Shown: piece after piece, positions 10,358 through 19,832 of the stretch
Numbering within the stretch: the first letter of the stretch is position 1
How the letters are laid out: each line of letters begins with the position of its first letter
Assembly: GCA_001799715.1 (NCBI GenBank)
Contig: MGTZ01000041.1
Span: 35,420-99,419, forward strand
Direction of reading: 5' to 3'
Origin: Elusimicrobia bacterium GWB2_63_16
GTDB taxonomy: Bacteria; Elusimicrobiota; Elusimicrobia; Elusimicrobiales; UBA9959
DNA length: 64,000 bases
Made by a program: the position numbers and the translations under genes
Notes under the pieces: generated by a model
Seen by the model: the letters and a program-made list of their open reading frames with translations, nothing else
Told to the model about the DNA's origin: nothing
Databases searched by the model: none

Positions 10358-10975
10358 ATGAAAAGCAACAGTATTTGGAAAATGAGTGTTTGCTCGTTAT
10401 GTCTGTTTGTTGTTATTCTTTTCGGTCAAAAACTAGTTTTCAGGAAAAATGTAAATCAGATAAATGAAGGTTTCGACTGTATTAAAGGAATGGCGTCAGG
10501 AGTTGGCGGTACAGAAAGAACGGCAGCAAAATCGTTGGAGTTTACAGTCCATTTTGAGAAGCAGGAGTATTCATTGTCTGAGCGAATTCCCATAAAAGCA
10601 ACTTTCAACAATACTTCAGATGAAGATTATTATATCGCGATCAGCAATCTTGAAGGCGGACTAGTATTCCGTGCAGAGGAGGGGTCTGTCGGAGAGATCG
10701 TTAGCAAATCAGTTTTGCTGGGAAGACCGGGCTTTCATGGAAAAGATTACTATTATCTGCTCAAAAAACATGAAAGTAAGGTGATAGCCGTTGAGTTCAA
10801 TAAATTGTATTCCGTGAGTCCGATTGGGGAATATAAAATAACAGCGAAATATTGGAACTGCACTGCCGGGAATGTATACACAAGGGTGCCTGCTTGGAAA
10901 TTCTGGAAGACTCAAAATAGGGTTTGGATCGGGGGGGTTGAGTCTAACGCGGTTTCTGTTAAATTTGTGAAATGA
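10358..10975 (+). CDS. Putative immunity protein of Rhs tip 1 (membrane-anchored)
   Basis: Starts 4 nt after the rhs stop; AT-rich; N-terminal hydrophobic segment. Confidence 0.65.
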   Translation: MKSNSIWKMSVCSLCLFVVILFGQKLVFRKNVNQINEGFDCIKGMASGVGGTERTAAKSLEFTVHFEKQEYSLSERIPIKATFNNTSDEDYYIAISNLEGGLVFRAEEGSVGEIVSKSVLLGRPGFHGKDYYYLLKKHESKVIAVEFNKLYSVSPIGEYKITAKYWNCTAGNVYTRVPAWKFWKTQNRVWIGGVESNAVSVKFVK

Positions 10976-11099
10976 TATTAATGCAGGATTGGTTGCTGCA
11001 GTTGCTCGCTGTTGAGAATGTAAAGTGTTGCGTAGGGTGAAAATCAGGAATTAGGAACAAACGCCCCCTCTTTCGGCCCAGAGCCACAGGGGATTTGAT

Positions 11100-11315
11100 A
11101 TGGCTATAAATGAAACAGCATTTTGGGCGGTATTTGTGTCTGGCGTAGTGAGTGCTTTTCTGGGGAGTATTTTGGGGATAATGCTCTATCCCACATTTAA
11201 TCAAGTTATTGGGGGGTATGCGAAATATGGCTCGTGGGGGATTGGCGTTTGTGCGGCAGCGATTCTGTTTGCGTTCACACGCTATTGGATTGTCCATCTG
11301 CTGAAGCATAAATGA
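11100..11315 (+). CDS. Small 2-TM membrane protein (possible orphan immunity)
   Basis: RBS AGGGGA; two hydrophobic segments; inside the low-GC cassette region. Confidence 0.45.
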   Translation: MAINETAFWAVFVSGVVSAFLGSILGIMLYPTFNQVIGGYAKYGSWGIGVCAAAILFAFTRYWIVHLLKHK

Positions 11316-11388
11316 TTCTGGGGTCACGGCGTCGATATCAAAAAGAAGAGAAGGCGAGGGATCTTCGCAATATTCGGAAGAGGGAGGG

Positions 11389-12069
11389 GTGCCAGTGAAA
11401 AGCCAGAGTGACGCGAAACTTCGAGAGCAAATCTTGTTCAGCGAAGGAGCACAACTTGCTGGAGTATCATCTGCTTGCGCTATTAAGATATTGTGCGCAT
11501 TTGCCAGAGACAAAAGCCCGGAGTTGCGGATGCGTGTGTATGAGCGCATGAGCGCATACAAGGGACGAGAGATAGCCATGTGTCTTATGCGTTCACTGCA
11601 TAAAGAGAAGGATGTTTTGGCCACAATCGCAGCCATGGAGAGTGTCGGGTGCCTGAAGATAACGTCTGCGATGAAAATACTTATTGCTAAATTGCATCAC
11701 AGAAATCCCATGGTGCGGGGATATGCTGCGATTGTTTTAAGTGAGCGTTATGGGGCGAAAGTGTTGCGTCAGTTGGAAACCATATTAAAAAAAGAACGCT
11801 CGGCTTGGGGAAAGGCTGCATTGTATATAGGGATGTATAAGGCGGGGGCAACATATGTTCTGCCGGATATGTTGCGGTTGCTTAAGTGCCGGCAATATCG
11901 AGTTAGGTCTTTTATTGTGAATAATCTATGCGGCATAAAGTTCAATAATGACATCGATTCGGTCATCAATGCTTTGCGTTCCCAGGTTAAAATAGAAGAA
12001 AATGTGGTGGTCGCTTCTGCTATGAAGCGCGCTTTAAGGTGTGCACGGGCAATTCGGGTTAGGTCTTGA
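11389..12069 (+). CDS. HEAT-repeat protein (possible orphan immunity)
   Basis: RBS GGAGG before GTG; HEAT-like repeats (NPMVRGYAAIVL, YRVRSFIVNNL). Confidence 0.65.
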   Translation: MPVKSQSDAKLREQILFSEGAQLAGVSSACAIKILCAFARDKSPELRMRVYERMSAYKGREIAMCLMRSLHKEKDVLATIAAMESVGCLKITSAMKILIAKLHHRNPMVRGYAAIVLSERYGAKVLRQLETILKKERSAWGKAALYIGMYKAGATYVLPDMLRLLKCRQYRVRSFIVNNLCGIKFNNDIDSVINALRSQVKIEENVVVASAMKRALRCARAIRVRS

Positions 12070-12085
12070 GACTTCCCGGCATCAA

Positions 12086-14104
12086 ATGATTCGATCCACA
12101 TTTCTGCTCATGTTCATGCTCGTGGCTGGGCTTTCGGCCTTTTCGTATGCCTCGTTGCCCATTTCTCCGACCAAGACTGTGATGTGCGGCCGCCTGCCCG
12201 ACACCGCCAACCCACTTGGCCAGAAGAAAACCTATCAGTACGACATGATGTCACGCGTGACCGAAGTGAGAGACCCGGCGGAGAATCTCACCACCTATGC
12301 CTACGACGCGATAGGCAGGCTTACCAGAAAGGACATAGAATCCCCTTCCGGCGGGCACGCAGTAACGACCTACGTCTATGACAAGACGGGGAATCTTTTG
12401 AACGCCGCCAACGGCAACGGCATGGTGAGCTTCACTTACGACGCACTTAACCGCCCTGTAAAGACAGAGCAGCTGTTCGCCGGCAGGTCCTACGCCATCG
12501 CCTACGCCTTCGATACCGTGGGCAACCGCACCAGCATGACCACGCCGTGGGGGAAATATGACTACACCTACGACGCGCTGAACAGACAGACCGGGATAGT
12601 GACCCCCCAGGGGATAACCGTTACCTTCAGTTATGACGCCGTTGGCCGCCGCACGAAGAAGTCTATCTTCAAGAACAGCCCTGAAGTACTTGCCGAGACC
12701 ACCTACTCCTACGATGCCGCCGGCCAACTGCTTTCAATAGTGAACAAAGCCGGCGGCAAAGTCGTTGCCTTCGCCAACTACGAATACGACGCGGCAGGCA
12801 ACCGCGTTAAGAAGGAAGACCAGGACGGCGCTATAAAATACAGATACGACGCCTCCAACCGCCTAATAACGGCCGAGCCAGTCCCCATGAACATGCCGGA
12901 GGCCGAGGTCTTCATCTACGATAAGAATGGCAACCGCCGCTACGACAGGGGCGCCTGGGACTACAAATACGACGCCGCCAATCGCCTTCTGGAGAACACT
13001 ACCTATACCTACACGCACGACCTCAACGGCAACCTGACCAGCCGTACCAAAAAGGACGACAATAGCGCTATCTCTTATGCGTATAATCCTGAGCAGCAGC
13101 TTTCCGAGGTCATAACCCCTGAGCACAAGGTGCAGTATAAGTACGACCCGCTGGGCCGCCGCACGTCAAAGACCGTGGATGGTAGGACGATAAAATTCAT
13201 CTACGACGGCCAGGACATAATAGCCGAGCTGGATGACAATAACTCTGTCATCAACACCTACACCAACGGGCCGGGTATCGACGAGCCTTTGATAATGGCA
13301 AAGACCGACGGCAAGGCATACTACTACTATGCCGACGCCTTGGGCAGCATAAATGCAATCACCGATTACAGTAATCAGGTTGTAGAAACCTATGGTTACA
13401 AAGCCTACGGCCAGCCGACAATAAAGAACGCCTATGGGGAAATAGTCCAGAACTCGGTTATCGGCAACACGCGCATGTTTGCTGCTAGGGAATATGAGCG
13501 CGAGAGTAATATCTATAATAACCGCAATAGATATATGCATCCCGGTATGGGGAGATTTATACAAGAAGATCCTGCTGGTTTTGCAGGTGGAGATGCTAAT
13601 TTGTATGGGTACATTTTGGGGAACCCGCTTGCAGGGCGTGACCCGATGGGGTTATGGATTTATGTTGATAGGAAGGATTATAGGGAGTGGTATTCTTCAC
13701 GACAGAAATTGATTGGGGATCCATCTATTGCTGCTATATTTGAATATCTTGAAACAAATTCAAATAAGGATTATAAAATAATAATAAATTCTTCATTTCA
13801 CAATGAATTTGTCCCGTACGAGAACACTATATATTGGGACCCCAATACATGGGCAAAAACTACCGAAGGTGGCGATAGAAGCCCCACAGTATTATTGGCG
13901 CATGAACTTGCACATGCGCAACTGTTTGATTCTAGTCCTACGTCATACATAAGGTATAAACTTACTGGAATCGTACTGAATCATCTTCTGAATTGGAAGT
14001 ATGATGACCTTGAGGAGTGGCGAGTTATTGAATTATTTGAAAATCAAGCTGCAGGTGCATTAAAGGAATGTCAACGACACGACCATCGTCTTAAGAGGAA
14101 ATAG
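12086..14104 (+). CDS. Orphan (truncated) Rhs cassette with HExxH metallopeptidase-like tip
   Basis: Paralogous to the 3' half of the upstream rhs; NPLAGRDPMG cleavage motif; tip LLAHELAH. Confidence 0.88.
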   Translation: MIRSTFLLMFMLVAGLSAFSYASLPISPTKTVMCGRLPDTANPLGQKKTYQYDMMSRVTEVRDPAENLTTYAYDAIGRLTRKDIESPSGGHAVTTYVYDKTGNLLNAANGNGMVSFTYDALNRPVKTEQLFAGRSYAIAYAFDTVGNRTSMTTPWGKYDYTYDALNRQTGIVTPQGITVTFSYDAVGRRTKKSIFKNSPEVLAETTYSYDAAGQLLSIVNKAGGKVVAFANYEYDAAGNRVKKEDQDGAIKYRYDASNRLITAEPVPMNMPEAEVFIYDKNGNRRYDRGAWDYKYDAANRLLENTTYTYTHDLNGNLTSRTKKDDNSAISYAYNPEQQLSEVITPEHKVQYKYDPLGRRTSKTVDGRTIKFIYDGQDIIAELDDNNSVINTYTNGPGIDEPLIMAKTDGKAYYYYADALGSINAITDYSNQVVETYGYKAYGQPTIKNAYGEIVQNSVIGNTRMFAAREYERESNIYNNRNRYMHPGMGRFIQEDPAGFAGGDANLYGYILGNPLAGRDPMGLWIYVDRKDYREWYSSRQKLIGDPSIAAIFEYLETNSNKDYKIIINSSFHNEFVPYENTIYWDPNTWAKTTEGGDRSPTVLLAHELAHAQLFDSSPTSYIRYKLTGIVLNHLLNWKYDDLEEWRVIELFENQAAGALKECQRHDHRLKRK

Positions 14105-14106
14105 TT

Positions 14107-14736
14107 ATGATAAGCCTCTTGTCTGTAAGGGTTGTTGTATCTATAATTGCCGTTCTCTTCGCGGGGTATGTTTATAATTTGAAGCATATGCGATATAAAA
14201 ATGTTTATGCTGGTTCAATACTTACTCTCGGACTGGTTTTATTTCTTTATACCGTGTTTGAATATCGACGAATGAGATATGTCAATCACAAGTCAGACGC
14301 TGCGTTAATACAAGCCGAATTTAATTCGTATGCCGAACAGGTCTGTTCGGGGAATATATCCCATATTCGCTTGTACTATGTGTCTTTTTTTAGAGAGTCG
14401 GTCGCAAATATCGCTAAGGAATCAATTGCGGAATCTGCCGATATCACAATTGATCTTTATCCCAAAACAGATATAAATAGTATTAACCAGTTATGCTCTC
14501 GCATGATGGAATCCAAATTGTACGGTGCGGAATTCGAGGGGGATGGTTTTGATGCCCGAAGAGGATTGATAGTTTACGGTGAAAATAAAGCCCCTCTTTT
14601 CTCATTATATAGTGAAGGGGTGGGGGTTGGATATTTGAACGAAATTCAAGTGGTGTATCCTTGGAAAATAGACTCTTGGATACGTAATTCTTGCGTTGAA
14701 CATACTGGGAGGAATTCTTGGTATTTTATCTTGTAA
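14107..14736 (+). CDS. Putative immunity protein of Rhs tip 2 (2 TM plus soluble domain)
   Basis: 2 nt after the rhs stop; AT-rich; two N-terminal TM segments. Confidence 0.65.
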   Translation: MISLLSVRVVVSIIAVLFAGYVYNLKHMRYKNVYAGSILTLGLVLFLYTVFEYRRMRYVNHKSDAALIQAEFNSYAEQVCSGNISHIRLYYVSFFRESVANIAKESIAESADITIDLYPKTDINSINQLCSRMMESKLYGAEFEGDGFDARRGLIVYGENKAPLFSLYSEGVGVGYLNEIQVVYPWKIDSWIRNSCVEHTGRNSWYFIL

Positions 14737-14833
14737 GCGATAATGATAACTGCTGTGGCCGGGAAAATCCGGACCGATCTTTAGCCTGACTTAAGGTGTG
14801 GACTGCATGTAACAACTAATTGTTATGTATGCT

Positions 14834-15901
14834 ATGCGAAATGCGCTGATCCTGATATCGGTGATAGCTATCCCCGGCGTTTGCATGGGGGGACAGAATG
14901 CTGTCGTGCTGGCGCCATCTTCTCAACAGGGAGCCAGCCTGGACAAACTTACTTCGGAGATTTCAGCCAATGGCGGCTCAGTCTCTGTACTCCCCGCCGA
15001 AGAAGCCGATGTTAACCAGGCGGGGTTGCTTAATAACGGCGGGCCTGTCATCGTGGCCGAGCCGGGCGCGAAGGGTGGATATAAAGTCTACGACGGGGCA
15101 ACTGGCGCTGACATAACGAAGAAGTTCAACTCCGGGCTGGCGCCTAAAGAAGAGCCGCTTCCCGCGGCGGAGCCTGAGCCCGAACTCAAGAGAATAGAGC
15201 AGGCCGAGCCTAAAGCTAAGACTAAAGAAGCAGGCAGGTTCAAGCGCAACCACATCGGCCTTTCCGCCGGCATGACAAACTTGGAGAAGAACGAGGACAG
15301 CCTGGATATGCTGGCCACCAATCCCAACGCGGAGGCGAGCTATACCAAAACCACCGGGCGGTTCAGGATTTTCTTCGAGCATTATTTCAGCGAGAAGTAC
15401 GGCCTGGGCCTTGCCGTCGGCGCGCAAAAGGGCGCTCAGAGCATGCTGGATTTTTCCAACCGCACACTAGAGATAGACGGAGACCCCAAAAGCGCCACTC
15501 TGTACGGTATCCGTCGTTTTGGGCGGCATTTCGGCGTTTATCTGGGGGGCGGGGTGGACCTAACAGCCATAACACTGGACGATCCCTCCAACTTGGCCGG
15601 CGTCCCTTCCGGCGCGGGAGCCTTCGAGGGGCAGATCACGGCGCCTCACGCGGAGGCCGGGTTGATCTTCAGCGCCGGGAATTTCTCGCTGCGCTTCTCC
15701 CTCAAGGAAATCATGGGCGAAGGCACGGACGAACTGACCCGCGGCGCCAACGGCCCCAAATACCTGCTGATAACGCGCAACAACAACTCCGTTTCCTATA
15801 AATATTCCGGCCAGTCCCTGGGGCCCAACGAAGAGTATTTCAAGGTGGATATGGGCGGCTTCGCCTCCGCCGTCACCCTGAACTACGTCTTCGGCAACTA
15901 G
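14834..15901 (+). CDS. Secreted protein with C-terminal outer-membrane beta-barrel
   Basis: Signal peptide, Pro/Glu linker, beta-strands ending VTLNYVF. Confidence 0.7.
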   Translation: MRNALILISVIAIPGVCMGGQNAVVLAPSSQQGASLDKLTSEISANGGSVSVLPAEEADVNQAGLLNNGGPVIVAEPGAKGGYKVYDGATGADITKKFNSGLAPKEEPLPAAEPEPELKRIEQAEPKAKTKEAGRFKRNHIGLSAGMTNLEKNEDSLDMLATNPNAEASYTKTTGRFRIFFEHYFSEKYGLGLAVGAQKGAQSMLDFSNRTLEIDGDPKSATLYGIRRFGRHFGVYLGGGVDLTAITLDDPSNLAGVPSGAGAFEGQITAPHAEAGLIFSAGNFSLRFSLKEIMGEGTDELTRGANGPKYLLITRNNNSVSYKYSGQSLGPNEEYFKVDMGGFASAVTLNYVFGN

Positions 15902-16015
15902 TAGGCCGTGCCGCGCATGGCCCGGCCGGCGCCGCACCGGTATACGGGCGGCCTTGTATTTGTTAATATTGTAGAGGCTTTTCGGCCAGAAGGCAGAGTT
16001 GTAGCAAAGGAAAAC

Positions 16016-16243
16016 ATGAAACCCTATAAGAACCTCAGCGGCAAATCCACCGTGACGATGTACGAACTGGCGAAAGATTTTATAAAAGTGCGCTTCGCCG
16101 ACCAGGGCGTGTACCGCTGGACCAACCAGAGCGCCGGCTCCGAGAACGTGCGCCAGATGAAGACCCTCGCCGTCACCGGCAAGGGCCTGGGCACCTACAT
16201 CGAGAGCAAGGCCAAAGCCCTCTACGACCGGAAGATCAGGTAA
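16016..16243 (+). CDS. Small conserved hypothetical protein (KTSC-like)
   Basis: RBS AAGGA; MKPYKNLSGKS...MKTLAVTGKGLGTYI resembles a widespread ~75-aa family. Confidence 0.65.
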   Translation: MKPYKNLSGKSTVTMYELAKDFIKVRFADQGVYRWTNQSAGSENVRQMKTLAVTGKGLGTYIESKAKALYDRKIR

Positions 16244-16259
16244 TCATCGCGGCAACGCG

Positions 16260-16991
16260 ATGGCTGACACCATCTACATCTACAGCGACGGCGCCTGTTC
16301 CGGCAACCCCGGGCCGGGCGGCTGGGCCGCTGTCATTATCTACCCCGAGGGCCGCGTGCGCGAGCTCGGCGGGGCAGAGCGGCCCTCTACGAACAACCGC
16401 ATGGAGATGAGCGGCGCCATAGCCGCGCTGGTGGCGGTGGCGGACCGGCCCGAGCCGGTGAAGCTCTATACCGACTCCGGCCTGCTGATAAACGGCATCA
16501 AGGGCTGGATACACGGCTGGAAGCGCAAGGGCTGGCTGACGGCCGCCGGGCAGCCGGTGGTGAACCGGGACCTATGGGAGAGCCTGGACGCGCTGGCGTC
16601 CGCCCGCAAGGGCCGCCTCTCCTGGGGCCACGTCAAAGGCCACGCCGGCCACGACCTCAATGAGCGCTGCGATGTGATAGCCGTATCTTTTTCCAAGGGC
16701 AACCCGGTAAAACTTTACGACGGCCCCGCCGTGGGCTGCGGCTACTCGCTGCTCGAGCCAGGCGCCGAGCACCTGCACGCGCCCGCCGCGGCCAAAACCG
16801 GGGCCTCCTCTAAACCCAGGGTTAAGAAGGGCCCCGCGGTCTACCTCAGTTATGTGAACGGCACGGTGCAGCGCCACGCCACCTGGGACCAGTGCAAGGC
16901 CCGCGTGCACGGCGTAGCCGGAGTAAAATTTAAGAAAGTAACCTCACCCGAGGAAGAGAGCGAAGTCCTCAAGTCCTGGGGCGCGGCCTAG
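16260..16991 (+). CDS. rnhA: Ribonuclease HI with C-terminal viroplasmin-like hybrid-binding domain
   Basis: SDGACSGNPGPGGW, TNNRME, YTDS, HVKGHAG..NERCD; C-terminal TWDQCKARVHG..FKK. Confidence 0.93.
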   Translation: MADTIYIYSDGACSGNPGPGGWAAVIIYPEGRVRELGGAERPSTNNRMEMSGAIAALVAVADRPEPVKLYTDSGLLINGIKGWIHGWKRKGWLTAAGQPVVNRDLWESLDALASARKGRLSWGHVKGHAGHDLNERCDVIAVSFSKGNPVKLYDGPAVGCGYSLLEPGAEHLHAPAAAKTGASSKPRVKKGPAVYLSYVNGTVQRHATWDQCKARVHGVAGVKFKKVTSPEEESEVLKSWGAA

Positions 16992-17017
16992 TTAAACAGT
17001 TTCCAGGGGGGCCGTTT

Positions 17018-19810
17018 CTGCGAATCACGATATTAGATCCCAAGATCAGCCTGGTCGAAAAGACCGGGGAGATCCTGCTCGCCTCCAAGTCCGCAGCGGA
17101 GAACCTGGTCGTGTTCCCCGGCAAGCGGCCGGCGCATTTCCTGCGCCGCTACCTGGCCGAAAAGAGAGGCGCCGCGCTCAAGGCGCCGGTCATCGCCTCC
17201 ATGGACGGCTTCGTGGAGCTGGCGGCGCAGCAGCTGGGCATTGTCGGCCGCGAGGCCTCCCAGCTGGACCTGGCCTATTTGCTCTACCACCGCCTCAAGG
17301 CCGAGCTGTGCAGCGTTATCTCGCGCGACCCGCTGGACCTGTCGCTCGACGCCGTGCTGCCCTGGGCCCTCAAACTTATCGGCGACTTTGAAGAATTGCG
17401 GATAGAGCTCAAGACCCCCAAGGACCTCGCCGCCTACGATTCCATCCTGCCGCAGGACCTGCGCACCGACGCCTTCGCGCGCAAGCTCGAGAGCTTCAGC
17501 CGCCTCTACGAGAATTTCTACGCCGCCGTGGAGGCGGAGGGTTTGCTGACCCGCTCCTCCCGCTACGCCGCGGTGGCCGCCGGCATAGACCGGCTGGACG
17601 TCTCCGGCTACGAGAATATGGTCTTCGCCGGTTTCTTCGCCCTGACCGCCTCCGAGAAAACCATACTTCGCCGCCTGGGGAGCGAAGGGGCGCAACTGCT
17701 GCTGGAGCCCGGCCCCGGCCTGGCAGAGCAGTTCGCTTTCCTCGGCAACAGCCTGCCGGCGCTCGCGGCCGGGCGGCAGGCCGCTACGGCCCTGCATTTT
17801 TACAAGGCCCCCGACGCGCACAGCGAGATCTTCAGCCTGGCCCGCGCGCTGAAAGACCCGGGCCCCGGCGACGTGATAGTGCTGCCCGAGGCCAGAGCGC
17901 TGTTCCCGCTCATCGAGCACGTGCTGCCGGCCGCCGGGGACTACAACGTGTCGATGGGCTATCCGCTCTCGGCCACGCCGGTGTACGCCCTGCTCGACGC
18001 GCTGGGCGACCTGCTGGACAAGCGCGGCGAGGCCGGCTACTTCGCCCCGAACTACCTCAAGTTCGTCTTCCATCCCTATATCAAGAACACCTACCTCGAC
18101 GGCGCGGCCGAGCCCAGCCGCGTCATCTTCCAGGCCGTGGAAGAGCGCCTGTCCGGGCGCGTCAACAAGTACGTGACGCTGGAGGAGATAGAGAACGACG
18201 CCGACCTGCTGCGGTCGGCCGCCGCCCGCCTGGGCGAGGGCGGGCCGGACGCCGCGGCGGTAAAAGCGCATATCAGGGGCGTGCACGACCGGCTGCTGCG
18301 GCCTTTCGAGGAGATAAAGGACATCGCCGATTTCGCCGGCAAGCTGCTGGCCTTCATCTCGCAGGTGTCGGAGAACAGCACAGCGCCGCTGCACCCGTAC
18401 TGGGCGCCTTTCGTGGAGCGTGCCATAGAGCGCATCCTGGAGCTGCGCGGCAGCCGCCTGGGCGGGGAGCGCTTCGCCGCGCCGGCGGGCTACTTCAAGT
18501 TCTTCAAGACCTTCATGCAGGGCGCGAGCTACCCTTTTCCCGGCACGCCGCTCAAGGGCCTGCAGGTGCTGGGCTTCCTGGAGACGCGCGGCCTGAAGTT
18601 CGACCGCGTCTATTTCCTCGACGCCAACGCCGACCTGCTGCCCGCCGCCCGCAAGGAGGACACCATCCTGCCGCATTTCGTGCGCGAGGGGCTGGGCCTG
18701 GCCACCTACAAGACGAGCGAGCGCCTGAGCCGCTACTATTTCGGGGCGCTGCTGGGCGGCGCGCGCGAGGCGCATATTTTCTACAAGGACGCCGCCGACC
18801 AGGAGCGCAGCCCGTTCGTGGAGGCGCTGGCCTGGGAGCAGGAGCGCCGCGGGGCCAAGCCCGCCGAGGAAGAGGTGCACCTGCGCGTGGACTTCTCGCA
18901 GGCGGACCCCAGGCCCGTGCCCAAGACGCCGGAGATAATAGCCGCGCTGCGCGCGCGCGAGTATTCCCCGTCGGCCATAGACACCTACCTGGCCTGCAAC
19001 CTGCGCTTCTACTACCGCTACGCCCTGCGCCTGGCCGAGAAGGACGGCGTCTCCGACGACATCGAGCAGCGCGACATCGGCAATATCGTGCACAAGACGC
19101 TGGAAGTTTTCTTCGGCGCGCGCTTGAACAAGCCGCTGACCATAACGGAGAAGGATTACGGCGAGCTGCAGGCCGCCGCGGAGATGGTCTTCGACGCCGA
19201 TCTCAAGGGCCACAAGGCCGGCTTCGAGTACCTCATCAAGCGGCAGGTGGAGCGCCGCCTGCGCGATATCCTGGACTACCACCGCGCCAACCTCGGCGAG
19301 ATAACGATACTGGGCTGCGAGACGGAACTGAAGGCGGAGTTGCCCACCCGCTGGGGCCCCGTCAAACTTAAAGGCTACGCCGACCGCGTGGACCTGCGAG
19401 GCGGCACCGTGCATATACTCGACTACAAGACCGGCGCCGCGGCGGCCGCGCCCAACTGGGAGAGCTTCGACACCGGGATGCGCGCCGACTGGCCCGCCAC
19501 GCTGAAGTCGGTGCAGCTGCCCTTCTATATCCTGGCCTGGCTGGCGGCCCACCCCGGCACCGCGGCTTCGGGCATGGACGCCTCGCTGCTGCTGCTGGGC
19601 GCCGAGAACATAACCGAAGAGGCGCTGTTCAAGGAGCGCCACAGGAAGCCGCCGGCGAAAGAGGCCGTCTTCGCCGCCTTCCGCGAAGGCATCATCACCC
19701 TGGTGGAGGAGATCCTGGACCCGGAAATGCCCTTCTATCCAGCCGCCGAGGAGAAGAACTGCGCCGGCTGCCAGTTCAGGCGCCTTTGCGGCCGGCAGTG
19801 GGTGGAGTAG
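17018..19810 (+). CDS. AddB-like inactive helicase / PD-(D/E)XK nuclease with Fe-S cysteines
   Basis: VFPGKR, LQVLGFLETR, SPSAIDTYLAC, GYADRVD, LDYKTG, CxxCxxxxxC; start uncertain (CTG 17018 or GTG 17111). Confidence 0.85.
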   Translation: MRITILDPKISLVEKTGEILLASKSAAENLVVFPGKRPAHFLRRYLAEKRGAALKAPVIASMDGFVELAAQQLGIVGREASQLDLAYLLYHRLKAELCSVISRDPLDLSLDAVLPWALKLIGDFEELRIELKTPKDLAAYDSILPQDLRTDAFARKLESFSRLYENFYAAVEAEGLLTRSSRYAAVAAGIDRLDVSGYENMVFAGFFALTASEKTILRRLGSEGAQLLLEPGPGLAEQFAFLGNSLPALAAGRQAATALHFYKAPDAHSEIFSLARALKDPGPGDVIVLPEARALFPLIEHVLPAAGDYNVSMGYPLSATPVYALLDALGDLLDKRGEAGYFAPNYLKFVFHPYIKNTYLDGAAEPSRVIFQAVEERLSGRVNKYVTLEEIENDADLLRSAAARLGEGGPDAAAVKAHIRGVHDRLLRPFEEIKDIADFAGKLLAFISQVSENSTAPLHPYWAPFVERAIERILELRGSRLGGERFAAPAGYFKFFKTFMQGASYPFPGTPLKGLQVLGFLETRGLKFDRVYFLDANADLLPAARKEDTILPHFVREGLGLATYKTSERLSRYYFGALLGGAREAHIFYKDAADQERSPFVEALAWEQERRGAKPAEEEVHLRVDFSQADPRPVPKTPEIIAALRAREYSPSAIDTYLACNLRFYYRYALRLAEKDGVSDDIEQRDIGNIVHKTLEVFFGARLNKPLTITEKDYGELQAAAEMVFDADLKGHKAGFEYLIKRQVERRLRDILDYHRANLGEITILGCETELKAELPTRWGPVKLKGYADRVDLRGGTVHILDYKTGAAAAAPNWESFDTGMRADWPATLKSVQLPFYILAWLAAHPGTAASGMDASLLLLGAENITEEALFKERHRKPPAKEAVFAAFREGIITLVEEILDPEMPFYPAAEEKNCAGCQFRRLCGRQWVE

Positions 19811-19832
19811 CTTTTTGTATACTGGAGGAACT

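Noticed and set aside
8461..13600. Rhs repeat pair as a DGR template/variable repeat
   Set aside because: No reverse transcriptase, and the differences are mostly synonymous and not adenine-specific.
14810..14825. TAACAA-CTAA-TTGTTA palindrome before the barrel gene
   Set aside because: A single short AT-rich occurrence that cannot be told from chance.
4320..15935. GCCGGCGCCGC at both ends of the Rhs island as a target-site duplication
   Set aside because: An 11-nt all-GC match is expected by chance, and no integrase or tRNA is present.
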